DNA from: Balanoglossus misakiensis
Taxonomy: Eukaryota; Animalia; Hemichordata
Direction: 5' to 3'
Length of the DNA: 64,000 nucleotides
Assembly: GCA_040954595.2 (NCBI GenBank)
Contig: CM082586.2
Coordinates: 4,409,125 to 4,473,124, forward strand
Positions 28,204 to 43,278 of the stretch are shown in pieces. The position numbers were made by a program, and so were the translations under genes. The notes beneath the pieces were generated by a model, which saw only the letters and a list, made by a program, of their open reading frames with translations, made no database searches and was not told the DNA's origin. Each line of letters begins with the position of its first letter. Position 1 is the stretch's first letter.

Positions 28204-29467
28204 TTAATGATTAATGATAAAGCATAATACTGTACTCACGGTTCTGCAAATGCCACTGGTGGGATATTTTACAGGTGCTGTCTAGGAAAACCAAATGCAA
28301 ACGTACACAACCGCTGTAATGCCGGTGCGAACCACAACAGACAGCTACTCTTCCGTAACCAACTGTTAGAACCGTGACACGGTCAGCTACGTGGCAATTA
28401 AGAGACATGCGCAATACTTCAATATGGACACCTGCAGCTGTGTTTAGTGTTATATTCTAGTCGACTCTCGGCTGAGGGCACTACACTACCTCAGTTACAA
28501 ATTACTACTTAGGGTATTCAGTCACTGGAGTTTTCTTTTGTCAAAAAGCCGCTGACGGACAAAATTCAGCCTGTAGTTTCAGTCTTCAGTGTTTTTCAAA
28601 TTGAGGTGAAAATCATAGTGACTAAATATTAATGGATGGGTGCTCGATCAGCCCAACAATCTGTCAAATGTCTTATACGACCGTCGTAATAGGCGAGAAA
28701 TACTAGTATACAGTATACTCAGTTTGTTAGTATATTGCTGATGATTCACGATTCATGTGTTGTTTTATAATATCCCCGGTACCGGGTATAGTATGCATAA
28801 CCCCAGCCGCAGTTTCAGCGTCAACGCCCACTTTCTATTTCTATATACCCTATTTCGATTATCTTCCCTCAATACCACGTGATCACAGATACTATTACAA
28901 AGTCGAACACGATTTTGCCCTTTTTCGTGTATTTTACTACATTAATATTTTGTAGAATGTTATTATTTTTTCCAATCAAAATTTTATTTTCAGTGGATTT
29001 AAATTAAAATGGGGCGAAATGTCAGAAAAATGCTATGGCTGTACGGAACGGCAATTTTAAGAGTGCAGGCATACTGCCTCCCAGACTTCATAAACTGGAA
29101 TAAGTTTACAAAAAGTCCCAATCTCTATATAAAATCAGCCGTGATGTTCGACACAAAGTTATTACACGGATGCGCCGACCTTCAAAATGCCATATTAATG
29201 ATCTGCGCATAAAGCTACGCGTCTCAACATGTTATACACCGCGAGACACCAACCAGTATAATTTTCGCTTTTGTCTATTTTCTCTTCCGCCGGGCTATTC
29301 AGTGGGGTTGACGCGCTGTCGTTTAATCAAGTCAGCCAGAGTGCCTCACGTCATGTCACCCTATTCCACCGTCGCACAATTTGTGTTCACCTGACTCTGG
29401 ATTTTGACCGAGAGCGAGTTTCCCGTATGTCGAATTTGACCAGGTGATATTAGGCGAAGGGAGCACC

Positions 29468-32400
29468 ATGGCGGAGATGACCCGGATGAGACGAGATGTG
29501 GCTCTGCTGTGGGTGTGTTTTGCCAAGTATTTCCTGACGGCCACTTACTCCCTGTTGGCGCCATTTTACCCGGCAGTGGTGAGTTACGTTCTGACATATC
29601 AATCGTTCTGTGCATCAGAAATTCTGTGACGTAACGACATTTCAATTTTTTGTACATCACGTTTGCTGGCCCGATTCTCTACTACAAATACTTGGAAATT
29701 ATCGGCTGTGTTGAACACCTTTCGAAGTGTACCCTGCATGCCATCTGGAATTGAAATTTCGCAGCATCACTATGACAATACCCTGTGTTCTCCGGCAAAA
29801 TCTATTTGCGTCGAAGGACGAAAACAGTAACATAAATTCTCAAACAGGAGCTACCGTCATTTGCGCGACAAACCCGAACACGAAAACTGTCGATTTAGAA
29901 ATTTGAGGACCTAGCTGCAGACACTCGAAATCTAGATTATTCATTTGATCCAAATCATAAAAAAAATGTTACGCACTTAAGGCGATTCAGAGCGATTTAA
30001 GCAACTAGGAAGGATTGTCAAAAATTCATAACGTTATTTGCTTTCTCAGAATTAAAAAGAGAATATCGGATTATATAAATCGTAACCTCTTAAATACAAG
30101 GTCAACATTTCAAAGCCTGTTTGGTACAGTTCGGGTGATACTATTTCACTAACACTGACAGATTATTAAGTTTGAATCACCCTAGGAAAAATCCCACTGT
30201 ACCTCAAGATTTATGCGTGTAGCCAGGAATTTATATTTTCCACCCGCTTGCATAAGTAAATGTAATGAGAATTTATAAAACAAAGGACACAAAACAAAAG
30301 AAAACATTAACTCATGACGAGTAACATGTTGTTGTCAGCATCATAGAATTTTTTATCACTGTATGGTAGACAAATATATCATCTATAAATCGTTTTTAAT
30401 TTAAGCTTACGCTTTTTTCCACACAACTGCCACAAATCTTGTCACTTGCCATGCAATTAAACAAGATTACTTATCATTTTATACAATTATCTCGTTCAAT
30501 TTATAGGCCATCGAAAAAGGTGTCGATCCCCTGACTGTGGGATTTGTCCTAGCGGCTTTTGCTCTGATGTCGGTTATCGTGGCGCCCCCGCTTGGCAAAA
30601 GTGTAAGTAGGCCTAAATTGAGAGACAATCTGTCATAGATATTTTAAGCTTGTATACATGTACATTGTATACATGCTAGGATAAGCAGACTGGAAAATTT
30701 GAATGCGATTAATTAGCTCTACATTGTCCTTCGATGTTGAATAACTTCACAATGTGGTATTTAGCTGCTCTATAGTATAAAATATAATCAGTTATGCATC
30801 TGCATGTACTGGTTTGGTTTTCGGTATTGTTTGTTTAGTTTCTTGTTCTTTTCCCGAAAGCATGCGCAAAATGTCCTCATGCTACTTTCACATTAACATT
30901 TCGGCTGTATTGCTATTGGCGAATAAGGAGATTTAACGCAATTATGAAATGCAATTAAATTGTGTTCTACAATAAAGCAGGTAAACTCTGTTGGTACAAG
31001 GACATCTGGTGTCTTAAAATAGCCAAAATGTTTACTTCACTAGTACGCTTTGGTAATTTATATACATGTACCAACATATATTTTAATAAATGTATTCTTT
31101 TTATTGACTACACAGGTTGCTAAGTATGGCAGCAAGTTCATCTTTTGCTTGGGCTGCGGAATTGCGGGATTGTCCTCCCTAGTGTTTGGGTGAGTAACAT
31201 ACGTCATATGTCATCACTGGCTAACCATGTATCTGACCTTTTTTTTTACAATGGATTAGCATTTAATCATCCATCTAGGTTCAGGGAACGGTTCAAATTA
31301 CACCGTCTGATCACTGCATTGTCATGTTGGCATATTTGACTTCTCAACCAGATATATACACTGAATCTTTAAGCTCAAACAAAATAACCAATTGTGTGAC
31401 CATAAATAGCGAAGCAGCCATCCCTTACTTTCTATGGAATTATTACTCAATCCACGCTTGCCACCATGTTGATATTGAATCATAAACAAGTTGAATATAA
31501 TAATTTATTCTTCATTTTAGCTGTGTTTGTGTTTTATTACAGATGTTTAGATGTTATAGACAACACTGCATATTTCGTCGCTGTAAGTTTTATCATTCGT
31601 ATAATTCAGGCCTTTGGCGTGCAAGCAGGAAATACGGCGTCTGTTGTCATAGCATTTCAACTTTACCCAGAAAACATCAATTTTATCCTGGTAAGAATTC
31701 AACTAAGATGATTCATCACCATCACCACCACAACCACATCCATCACCACCAACCAACCAATCAATTTGAATTTATACTTAAATAACATTTCAAATTTTAT
31801 TCTCGACCTCGATATTTATGAAAAGTAATGCATTCATGCGACTCTTTGCAGGGAATCACTCAAGCATTTGCTGGCCTTGGACTTATCACAGGACCAACTC
31901 TCGGGGGAATCTTATTCTCGGTATGTATCTGATTCTTAGGCTAGACAATGGTCACTCTATTGGTATTTGCTTTTTTGGAACGTCTTTAAGACAGAAGAGA
32001 ATATCTTGAATGAAACAATTGTTCCTTTATCTCGTCGATCTCACTGTTTGGTTTTTATAACATAACTCATAATTTTTTCTATTCAAATTCTTCTCCGCAG
32101 TGGTACGGGTTCTTGTTGCCATTTATATCCATGGGTGTAATTATTCTGTTGTGCGTACCGTTTTGTATGTACCTTCTACCTGACTATGAAGGTAAGCCCA
32201 GAATATGTTTCTCAAATGACCCCTATGTGACCTTTCATCCTCGAACTTCCGGTGGTGGGATTGGGTTGTCAAAATTCAACATTTTGGTATGTTTGAAGCG
32301 TGGTATAATATGATGAACGCCAAGTTATTTAACAAGCACTTTTACCTGATTAATTACATTGTACGTGAAGTTGTGTGTGTATTTTGTTAGAGGATTGGCA

Positions 32401-34668
32401 GACAATAAGAGGAATACGCATGCGTCCTTGTTTTGTACTGCATAGCGAATAACTTTGTTCGAATTCCAGAGCCGAAGAAGCCGAGAGAAGAGAACAGCGT
32501 TCTGCCTTTACTTATCCTACCAGGAGTTCTGTTGGGATTACTGCTTCGAGTGGTGACAGCCATTGAAATTACTTTCCTCGACTCTACCTTAGTAATCGCA
32601 TTATTGGAGGTAGGTCAATTGGTAGTTACTACCGAACGTAGTCGGGGCGGGGGTCCTTTTAGATTGGGTTCTGTATGTCTGTTTGATACGCATGCGTGGG
32701 CCACTTTTTGTTGATCCAATATGGCTACCAGATCCAATATGGCTACCGGATCCAATATGGCTACCAGATCCAATATGGCTACCAGATCAAAATGGCTACC
32801 AGATGATTTTTATCAGTTATTCGTCCCAATACCAATCCACAACCGTGCGTAAGACAAAAAATACCGTCCGAAACGCGAGTTAGTCATTTCAGTTCAATAC
32901 TAAACAGAACATACTTATTATCTTAGTACAATAAAATGCGTTTTCATCGTTTTCAGTATGACACCGTTTTAACCAGCTCCACGGTGGTGGCCTTAATGTT
33001 CCTATTGGCGGGCATCGGATATGGCATCTCGGCGCCATTTTGGGGGATTTTGGGAGATCGATGGGTAGGTACCATTTTGAAAGGAAAGTGTCGCAGTGAA
33101 TGAACGACCTGCAAATTTTGTGCAGTATTTTCGTCCTTTTGTTGTCAATTAGGCTATCTCAGTGTACCCTCTGGGCATGTGATGGCCGACAACATGTGAA
33201 ATTTCAACCTTGATCTGACCTTTAACGCTTCTCTTCTGCAGGATGTTTCAAAGGAATTGAACCTCATAGGTCTGGCCATCGGCGGGATTGGCTATATATT
33301 AATTGGACCAAATGAATATCTAGGTCTTGATGAGTAAGCTTTACGTTCACATTTCCTTGGTCTGAATTCTCCTGATCGGGTTATAGGCAAGAGCGTGAAC
33401 GATGCCTCTCCCCTATGTAAATACAAACATAATGGTTCACTATCACTGCTCACGAACTTTTAAACGGCAGCGCTTTGAGACGATCAAAGCCCCAAAACAG
33501 TTGGTACGCAAAACGGAAAGTGGAACAAGAATTAAACACCGTGTATATGCGTTGTCTATAAAAGAGGAAAAATTGACACCCTTTTTACAGTTTTTCTTCA
33601 TTTTTTTCACAGATCCGTTGGTTTGTTGGCAGGCGGCTTAGTTATCATGGGTATGGGTGTGGGCGTTGTCATTACAGTTGTATCGGAAATGGTGAAAAGT
33701 GCCATGTAAGTCTCAACATCTACCCTTTTAGCCACTAGTTTTACTATGTAACATACGTATATATTATGTATATATCGTCATAATATGTTATATTCTACTA
33801 GGTAAGGTAATGTGTTTATCCCGCCGCAATTCCAGTCGGTACAAATGAAATTATATTGATTTTTATTTCAGAGAAAGTGGACAAGAAGAAGACATGGCAT
33901 TGTATGGTTCAATCTCGGGACTTTACTACTCAGCTTATAATTTAGGGTAAGGATGCATTTATCGTCTTAAAGTGTACTCAAGAAGCTAGTCCCTAAGATC
34001 AAGCCCCGCAATATCCGACCCTCTAAAGCTTGTCGTCTGCTTTTACGTACAGAGTGAGAACTTAGGAGTTTATAGATATCCTCAACTGTGAACTGGATGT
34101 GTCCCTGTGGTTGAACTGTATAATTTGTAGCTATGAACTATTACTCAGCGACTGCACATTATGTACTTTATGGTGCCTTAGGCATGTTACACTCAACGTA
34201 TTCTCAGTGCACGTAAGATCCCATTGAGATCTCTACAGAGCATAACGATTGTGATTATAAGTACGCCTGATGTTAGCCCTTCAATTTTTGACGCTATTTC
34301 CCACTGCTATTCACTGTTTCAGCATGTTCATTGGCCCGATAGTGGGATCGGCGTTAGTAGACGTCCGTGGTTTTGCAGAGAGTTGCACTATAGTAGCGTT
34401 CCTGGTCGCGGCAACATTCGGTGTATACGCCGTCTATGTGGGATACTGTAGGTGTATCGAGTTGATAAGGACAACAGCGGTTGTGCGCGAGAAGGAGAAG
34501 GAATACGGTGACGGCTCGCTGTCCGACCCGTATCAGGCGCCGTACGACCCGCAGCCCCAGAAAGACATCCCGATGGACGATTACGTAGAGTACGATGATT
34601 ATGACGCCGAGAAGAATCCCTTTTACACAGCACCAACGAGTTATTCCGCCACAGGTTCTCGATATTGA
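29468..34668 (+). CDS. SLC18B1-like MFS transporter (vesicular polyamine transporter family), copy A, 12 coding exons
   Basis: Motifs YSLLAPFYP..A..KG, KYGSKFIF, IRIIQAFG, GLGLITGPTLGG, FLDSTL, LYGSISGL and GPIVGSALVDVRGF. GT-AG introns. TGA at 34666-34668. Confidence 0.87.
32713..32804. repeat. 18-bp minisatellite GATCCAATATGGCTACCA, about 5 copies (intronic)
   Basis: Units start at 32713, 32731, 32749, 32767 and 32785. This repeat explains the spurious DPIWLP-repeat ORF. Confidence 0.92.
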
Positions 34669-36577
34669 ACCACGGGGATCTCGCCAAGCCTCAAAAGTGA
34701 CGCCAGAACGCTTTAGATTAGTGCGCGTCTTCAGAAGATACCATCCAAACCAAATCTTGCTACCTGAAACTTCACCACTTCACCATAATCTGCGGTTTCC
34801 ATAAACCTGTGCAATGATGGCCAAAACGGGATATACTTCAACCAAGAAGTTATTTGCATTTTGAAATTTACACGTACATTTCTGCTCTATGTGAAATGGG
34901 TGAGTGGAATACGCCCATGCACTCATCATAGGCACAGTAATGATATTTCCGAAGAGAGATTCTGATACCACGACCGCCTTTGATGACCCCGGCCGATGGA
35001 TTTGACCGTTTGCTTCGTTTCCCGTGTTTAATAGTGTAAATATAATTTCACAATTTTTTTTATAGATAGGAGTACACTGATATTTACACATTAGTATTGC
35101 CATGCCTTGGACGGTTCCGATTCGTATGCCGGTATATGTATATTTAATTAACTGAAAGAGTCTGGTAGGAAGGAAATATTTTTTTTATTTTTTTTTTTAC
35201 CCGGTAACCACATTGGACTGTACACATTGGACTGTATAATTTAATTGTTATCACGATTGGATTTCAACGTTTTACAATATCTCGTGGTGTGTTCACATGG
35301 AGAAACAGCTTAGAGGAGGGGAGGGGGTTGAATAAGGGTAGGTCAAACAATATAAACAAAACATGAATAAAATCTCCTGGTGGAGCCAATCACGGATTTT
35401 CTGTGGGTGGCCACGCAAAAAAACTTTTTTTTTTCTGAAAAATAACTTACTATAAGCTTATTTTTTCTCTATTCTTGTGTATTATCGTAAAAAGATTATT
35501 GTCATTCTATATGTACAACATGTACCATTATTTCTCTCCTGATCTCAATCACCATTAAACTCAATATTTGCGATGATAGCCAGCGAGTTTGTTTCTTCTA
35601 GAATTATTTTTCTTTGTGTTTTGGCTGTATTGATTGCACTGTATACAGTTGTAAGCCTTGCATCTTGCCCTACTTGTGGCCTTCCACCCTGACACCGGTC
35701 ACTAACAAACAAATGAACGTATCTGTGTAAATGCGTCGAGTGTGTTGACCCCGCACTGGTATGACGTCTGTCCATCTCCGTCACGATACTCTGATAACGT
35801 ATTATGGCGACATCTTCGAATTCGAAAACAACGAATATTTCAAATCAACGTTCACGTGACGTAAGAGATATTGCGGTTTGAGTCGAGTGTTTCGTATATC
35901 GCTCATCGTCGCGTTGTTTACCGAACTCTGAAGTGTGTAGGCCTATCACAAAATAAATATAATTCATAAGTTTGTCCAACCCGAAGGAGGATATATACAA
36001 ATAAGGTTTACTCAAAAGCGTATAGGAACAGAAGAATTGTCTATTTGCTTTCAATCGACTGACAAACAAAACGTCCAGTTTTGACGATTGAATACAATTT
36101 TGATTTATCAGGCATAAAACGTGCAAATATTGAAATCAGTCACGAGGGTCTGCATGTCGTTTAATACCACTTGATCACAGCAACAGACCTAAGTAAATGA
36201 GTCTCCTAACTATAACAAAATCATGCAAGTCGACAAAGTGATACATATAAACATTATTTTGACAGAAAAAAAGGACGTTGGCATTTGCCATGGCGAAGAT
36301 GCCCTTTGAAACTGACCGCGCGTTGTCACTTTATCTGTGACTGATGACGCTGATTAATGTTCAATGATGTTAATGAATGACCTGTAAAAAGGGCATCCAA
36401 GGTAACGAAAACAGGGCTCGGTTGAACCCTAATAGGCGAGGCGATCACATGCTTCTCCGTCATATGATCGTCCGCCGGGTGTACGTGCGCTTGATAAAGT
36501 CATACGCGCGGCTTGTGATTTCAGACAGCCCTTTGATAGGAACACAGTGAGCCGCTAAACCAGCCTCTGTCGACATC

Positions 36578-39500
36578 ATGAAGAAACTGGTCTCTCGTCT
36601 GATCTGGACGGCTGCAGCTGCTGTCCTGATTCTGTCGAGCGGAGCCGCGGCCCAGAACATCATGGACGGCACGTTCGCGGAGCTGTTCAAATCCCTGCAA
36701 CCGAACGCCACCAATCCTTTCATCAACGTGACGGAGAAATGCTATTGGGACACGGTGAAGTACATGTTTGATTTGACGATTAATGAAGCGCCTATGGCAA
36801 GAGAAAGTAAGTTGACCGTTAGTGGTTTAAAGACTGGACTATAGGACGAGACAACCGTGGAATGTACAACAATTGTAAATCTAGGGAAAATCATGAAACA
36901 CACTCTATAGGGCTATATGGAGTATATGACAATGATCTTGTCGTGATTAGGGCTGGGTCAGTGCGGAGTGACCATGATTACTAGATTAGGCGTAGGTTGC
37001 CATGACGCGATAGTAAAGTAAACGGAAACTGCCCTCTTCTGATGGCTAATCAAATCTTCTGAAAATTACTGTCCTATAATTTGAAAATGACTGTCTGTGT
37101 TGTTGACTTTAAGGGAATATCACTTGTCCAGGTTACCCTTCTAAGTTGGAAATCACGTGATGCTTGAGACCAAAAAGAGAATTAAGTTTCAAAAAAAAAC
37201 CGCTGAGATTCCATACAGGCTGTTCATACTGCTCGTGCGTATGCCGCCGGTGACATTTCAGATATGCAAACACGATCAACTTTATTTAAAACCTCTTTCT
37301 CGTACAGCTAGATTTATCTAATATCATTTATGGCTTAAAAAAAAGTGTTCAATTTCTCGCACAGTGTACTACTCATGCGGTTACATTCGTGAAGATTACG
37401 ACTTGACGTGGACTCTCAAAGATCCGGGGAACTTCCACATGTGCCGACAGGTCACCCCAGACAACAAGACAACATACGACACGATTTATTGCTACACGGG
37501 AACTGTGTTTCCCCTGGTGAGATTCATTTGACCTCTTTGTACTTTTCTTAACTCCTTAAAGCTCCATTAGCTGTAACCTGAGGCAATTTTTTGCGATAAA
37601 GTTATTGCGTCATACATACGATATTCCTACCCCACAGCTTAAAGCAGTACTGAGGATGGGTGTCTGCTATCCAGACTCGTGCACAACTGAAGACATACAG
37701 ATAATGGTTCGACAAGGTAAGATCTCTATTCTGCGGTATGCCTTTTCCAAATACATGTATATGCAGTAGGTTCTCAACTCTGCAATATTCGTGAAATGAG
37801 CCCTCGTGAATGTATAATGCGAAGGCATAAGTAGTACACGTGTTTCCGTAAAAGCTCGTAGGTGACAAACTTGTGAATTATTTTCACAACGTCAAAACAT
37901 GTGAGTTTTTTCCAATTGCAGGATTAGTGGCTGATCCATCTATTCCACCATGGATTAGCACCACGGCCGCCTGTATTCCCTATAGTTTCGACTTCAGGAC
38001 AAGTGATATTGTTGCATTGTAAGTGCATTAGAACTATTCTGGATTCTACGATTCCACAGGCAAATTGCCTTCAATGACGGTTCATATGTGTGAGCACTAG
38101 AGTACATTTAACGCATATCTGGGGGGGGGGGGTCAGAAGATCAATAATTACATGAAATCGGCGACGACGACGATGATGATGATGGTGGGATGGTGGTGGT
38201 GGCGGTGGTGGTGGTGGTGGTGGTGGTGAATGATGATGATGATGATGATAGCAGTAGTAGTTGTCAAAGTGACGGATAATTGCGACATTGTAGAGTTTTA
38301 GTCGCCATCATCATCAGTCAATTTTTATTCTATGTGGGGTGCTAACTATAACCTTACATCTACAGTACATTGTGCGCCATATTGGCCGTTGTCCTCGTGT
38401 GCGGTACTACCTATGAGCTGATACGAATGCGAAAGAAAGGCAGCGAAGCAGACTATGCGGCGGAGCCAGTCCAGAAGTCGTCCGGCAACAATGTCGATGA
38501 CGCAACATCCGATCAAACCGGCGACAAAGGTGCAGACACACAAGCAGAACCAGAGCAGGTCATCCACATGTCATCAAACAACATCATGGGAGTTTCTGAT
38601 CCCGAGGAAGCGCCAACGACAAAAGAAAAATGCAAACGTGAGAAGCTGCAAATGTTTTAAACCCTCGAAACATAATTACAGTTACGTTCGGTGACGTCAC
38701 GTTTTCAATTTTGTTCGTTTTGTTTTTAAATCATTTACGGACAAGATAAGTACAAATACATAGGGCAGTGGCAACACTCATTATGTTTGGTAGCGCGTGT
38801 CAAATGTGAACGTACTTTAATTATTCTTTATTCACAGAAATTTTTAGCAAGTGTGTGCTGGCGTTCTCTGTTCTTGATTCTGGACGGAAGATTCTGAGCC
38901 CCAAAGCCGGAAGCCGCAACATTGGTTGTCTGAATGGTATTCGTGTTCTGAGTATGTTTTGGTTAATACTGTTCCATACGTGGCTGTTCTGTAGTTCAAG
39001 CGAGCCTCTAATTGGTGAGTTTTGTTGCTGTTGTCTTTCTCGCGGCGTGGGTTGAACTATAACTGCTCATCCAAGAATTGAAATAGGTCCACCCATCCGC
39101 CCATATATCATTCTCAATCCACATTCCTACCCACCCACCCAAAGCCCAACCCACCTATCTACCATCAACCCAAAACCCAACCCAAAACCCACCACCTGTC
39201 AATCCACCCATACATACATACATACATGTTCTTGCTATAGTGATATTTGCGTGTAATTCATCGTAAATAACCCATTGACATGAAATTCGATGATCCTTCC
39301 ATCCAACACTGCCAATATAAATACACTTACATTAAAACTGGTACTACTGCCTTACTTTCACATCGCTCACTGTATGTTGTGAAATTCATCATTTAAATTT
39401 TCTTGAAGATAACCCACGGTACGTGGAAGAGGAGGTGAGGAAACGATGGTCAACGCAAGTTCTTGCTGCCGGTGATCTTGGCGTTGAAGCATTCCTTGTT

Positions 39501-42500
39501 ATGAGGTAAGTGGCCATTATGTGTGTCAAGCTCAAACTTGAAAATTTCACAACTAAATTTTAGGTATGCAGCTACGAAACACTGGAATTCCCTACCTGGC
39601 TGTCACAAACAGTTGTCAAGCAGACATGTTTTTAAATCTACACAAAAATATTATTAAGTGAATTTACATTGATGTTTTGTATGCTTCCATCCCCATCACA
39701 CTTAAAGCTGTTGTGGATAATCACCAGTATACTCACGACCATCTGGCGAAATATAGCATATTCATTCAAAGTAATCGTTTTTATCACTTATTTGCAGCGG
39801 CTTGCTGGTGACGTTTTCCACTCTGAAACAAATCGATCAACGAGGGGGGCCCCTGCGACACAACTGGGGGATGTTCTACCTCCATCGTTATTGGAGACTG
39901 ACCCCTGTATATGCCTTCTGCTTGATGATATACGCGACTCTGACGCTCCACATGGGGACAGGAGTCGGGTGGTTCTATTGGTACCCTGCGCAGGAGATGT
40001 GTCAAGAGCGCTGGTGGGCCAATATGTTGTACATCCACAATCTATATCCATACCCTGGAACAGTCAGTGAGGTTAGTCCGGATCGTGTGGTCATTTGAAA
40101 GGCACACTAGCAATAACATTTGATATTTTCATTATTTTCATGATTGTTTTGTATTTATGTAAACTATGGCGAATTTTGTTCTTGATTATATACGTTTATA
40201 GTAGGACTATGTAGCCAACACCTTCATTTTCACTAACATACCAGTGATAGAAAACCAATCCCTATATTTATCATGTAATATGTCTTGTGTGTTTGAGGAA
40301 CAGAGGTGAATTTTGAAGGTAATTTTTTTCGTCAACTGATGGATACATACTGGTATTCTTTTTTGTCTTTTCCATGTGTAGTGTATGGGTTGGACGTGGT
40401 ACCTATCTGTAGACATGCAGCTCTTTATTCTCAGTCCGATATTCATCGTTCTGTTTTACAAGTAAGTCCAGTCAAATCGTTGGGGAGAAACAAGACGCCA
40501 TGTTTTTTGGGGGAGCAGTTGCCAGAAATGTTGAAATAAGGCAAGATTTGATAGCAACAGATTGTGTTAAGTAAGATACAAATGAAATTGCTGCATATTT
40601 ACCCACAAGGCATCTGGTATGTGTATTTTTTAGTTAACATTTTTGTTAACATATGCAGTGAATCGTCATTCTTGTTTTATTATATAGGACATGGATCGGT
40701 GGAGTTGTGTTGTCAACGCTTGTTACGCTCGGTTCGTTTACATACAGTGCTTATATATCATATGTACAGGGCAGAACCATTGGTGGCGACCCTGAGTAAG
40801 TTATGAGATTTAAAAAATCTGTTATGGTCAAATATCGCTTTTCAATGTGTAAAAAAATGTTACATTACATTAAGTTAGTTGGTGAGCATCGTGGCAATGA
40901 GTGTTTAATATTTTACACCGAAGACCTGCATATCTGGGGGAATCAATTTCTATGACTTTCATTTTTGCGTCACGGTCATCAAATAAGTAATACCGTAATA
41001 TCTATGGTAAAACATGAATAGTTCAGCATAACTTGAAGAACACCTTGCTCACCAAAAACACTTACTTTGATTTTGACGTTATGTTTCAGGTTGTACAACG
41101 AGCCTAAATACGAAGAAGGGGCGTGGCTGTACACGAAACCTTTCTACAGGATGCCACAATATCTCATTGGAGTTTGCTTGGGATACGTCATGTTCAGACT
41201 GAAGGGCAAACCTGTACACATCAATAAGGTAATTGGGCAGAGAAACTAAATTGTTGCTACTTTTAATAGGTTTTTACTCCGTGCTCGGGGGTCAAACCAA
41301 ATTTGCATAATATGATCTTCCATTTCTTAAATCGGCCATCTTGAAATTGTTGTGTCGATCACATGAGCTTGTTACCACTTAACTATAGGTAGCAATAACC
41401 TATTAAGAGTAGTTAGAATTGAGGACAGAGTTGTGAAGTGGTAGCGTTTCAAATACTGTGATGTGCCGTAGTGGAGTCTGATGTAGGGTTGTTTTATTTT
41501 TTGTCTGCAAGCGATGTGTTACAGAGACGTACTGACGCGCAAAACTAGACAAAAGAGTCTGGAGAGGCGTGAAAGAGATATTCCTGCCATACGTAGTAGG
41601 AATTTCATTCATAGCTTAATTAAAAAAAATTCTAACCAGACAGACAGATAAGACAAATAGACTAAGCCTACCAGAGGTAAAGGTTTTGTTTGAATCTTTC
41701 TTCTCTGTCAGATTCTCAACGTATTCATATGGTGTTGTGCGGCGGCCGTGGCACTGGCTGTTGTCTACGGACCATACTCAAGCCAACTGTATCGTGTTCC
41801 TCAGTGGGCCGCCGTGCTCTACCAGGTAGTGTTCCGCTTCTCCATGTCACTGGCAATTGGTTGGGTGATATTTGCTTGCGTCACAGGAAATGGAGGTAGG
41901 TATAGTCAACAGACAGTTCCTGCTTGCGAAGACAATGGCCTGAAACTAATTTGAATGCAGCAAGCATAATTATAATAATAGACAGTTCCAGCTTGCGAAG
42001 ACAACGGCCTGAAACTAATTTGAATGCAGCAAGCATAATTATAATAATAGACAGTTCCAGCTTGCGAAGACAATGGAGATAAAAATAGGAACACGCGGCG
42101 AATTCGTTGCACCACCGTCTGTGGTCAAACAATTTAGCGGGAGATCCGCGTCATGACCGAGCACCAAATATTCAGTCCTGCCATAGTGTCTCTTCGTCTG
42201 TGTTGTGCGAATTATTCATAGATGTCTGTTTCTTTCGAATGATGTAGGACCAGTCGACAGTCTGCTTTCCTGGAGTGGATGGTTACCGCTATCTCATATG
42301 AACTATTGTGCATATTTGCTACACCTGGTGGTGATCTTTTTGTACACCTATGGATTTGAAAAATTGTCGCACTACACAGATTTCAACTTTGTAAGTAATC
42401 TTGCATCGCCTTCAGCATAAAAACGCCACTGGCTATCTTTTATGAAGTGAATCTTCTGCTTATCGGTTGCAAGTGATGTTGGAAACACAGATCGCTAAGT

Positions 42501-42909
42501 GGACGTGAGTTTAGACGCCTTGTGTTCAGTTCTGTGTGTGTACTAACGTCAAATGAACTAAGAAATTGATGGGATACTGAGACCACAAATTTTCAGTCTT
42601 CAAAAGTGCGTCATTCTTTCTGCGTTATCGAGTTAGGGGCTTAAGTTCTGATTTCTGAGAAACAAGTTCCAAATAAAATAATCGCAAAAACATGCATTAT
42701 TTCCCGAAAGAATTGAAATAATAGTCACAACTGTTGGTGTTCTCTGTCTGCAGGCAATGGATTATATTGCCGTCCTGGTGATGACCTATGCCTGGGCTTT
42801 CATTGCTTCAACTGCGGTGGAAATCCCCTGTTTAAGCTTCGAAGAAGCAGTCCTTCCAAGGAGGAAGAAGAAACCGACCAATTCTTATCAAGTCGATAAC
42901 GCTCAATAA
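36578..42909 (+). CDS. NRF-6 / O-acyltransferase-like protein (NRF domain plus acyltransferase-3 domain), multi-exon
   Basis: Signal peptide (MKKLVSRLIWTAAAAVLILSSGAAA), Cys-containing N-terminal NRF region, CLNGIRVLSMFWLILFH, SGLLV, HRYWRLTP, CMGWTWYLSVDMQ, YTKPFYR, YCAYLLH and VEIP. TAA at 42907-42909. Confidence 0.9.
38161..38260. repeat. Compound trinucleotide microsatellite (GAC/GAT/GGT)n, intronic
   Basis: Directly visible in the sequence. Confidence 0.85.
41911..42076. repeat. 69-bp tandem repeat, about 2.4 copies (intronic)
   Basis: AGACAGTTCC units start at 41911, 41980 and 42049. Confidence 0.9.
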
Positions 42910-43197
42910 GAAATCACTTTTTAGATTGCATGTTTGCTTGTGAACATCTCAAATAAAGATTATTATACATTTACGAAATTTTATATCTAAGAAATTTCAA
43001 ATGTCATTCGAAAATGGCATTTACCTGTAATATGCAACTTGAACACGTTTTAATCGTATTGTATATCACATAGTATAGTTTCAAGGAATCTTTGTATATT
43101 TTTTTGTTTTGTGAAAGAAAAGAGTAAAATACATCGGTAGCTATGACGCATGTAAATTTTGTCAATACGCCATTGTTAACAAAGCGTGAGTGAAAGA

Positions 43198-43278
43198 AAA
43201 ACCATTGCTGGTGTATCCTGCCCAGACACGGTTGAATAGATGGTACATGTAATTATAACTGTCCAAGACAATGGTTTT
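43198..43278. mobile_element. 81-bp dispersed element with short TIRs (AAAACCATTG...CAATGGTTTT), copy 1
   Basis: Near-identical copy at 45301-45381 in unrelated flanks; 10-bp terminal inverted repeat. Confidence 0.65.
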
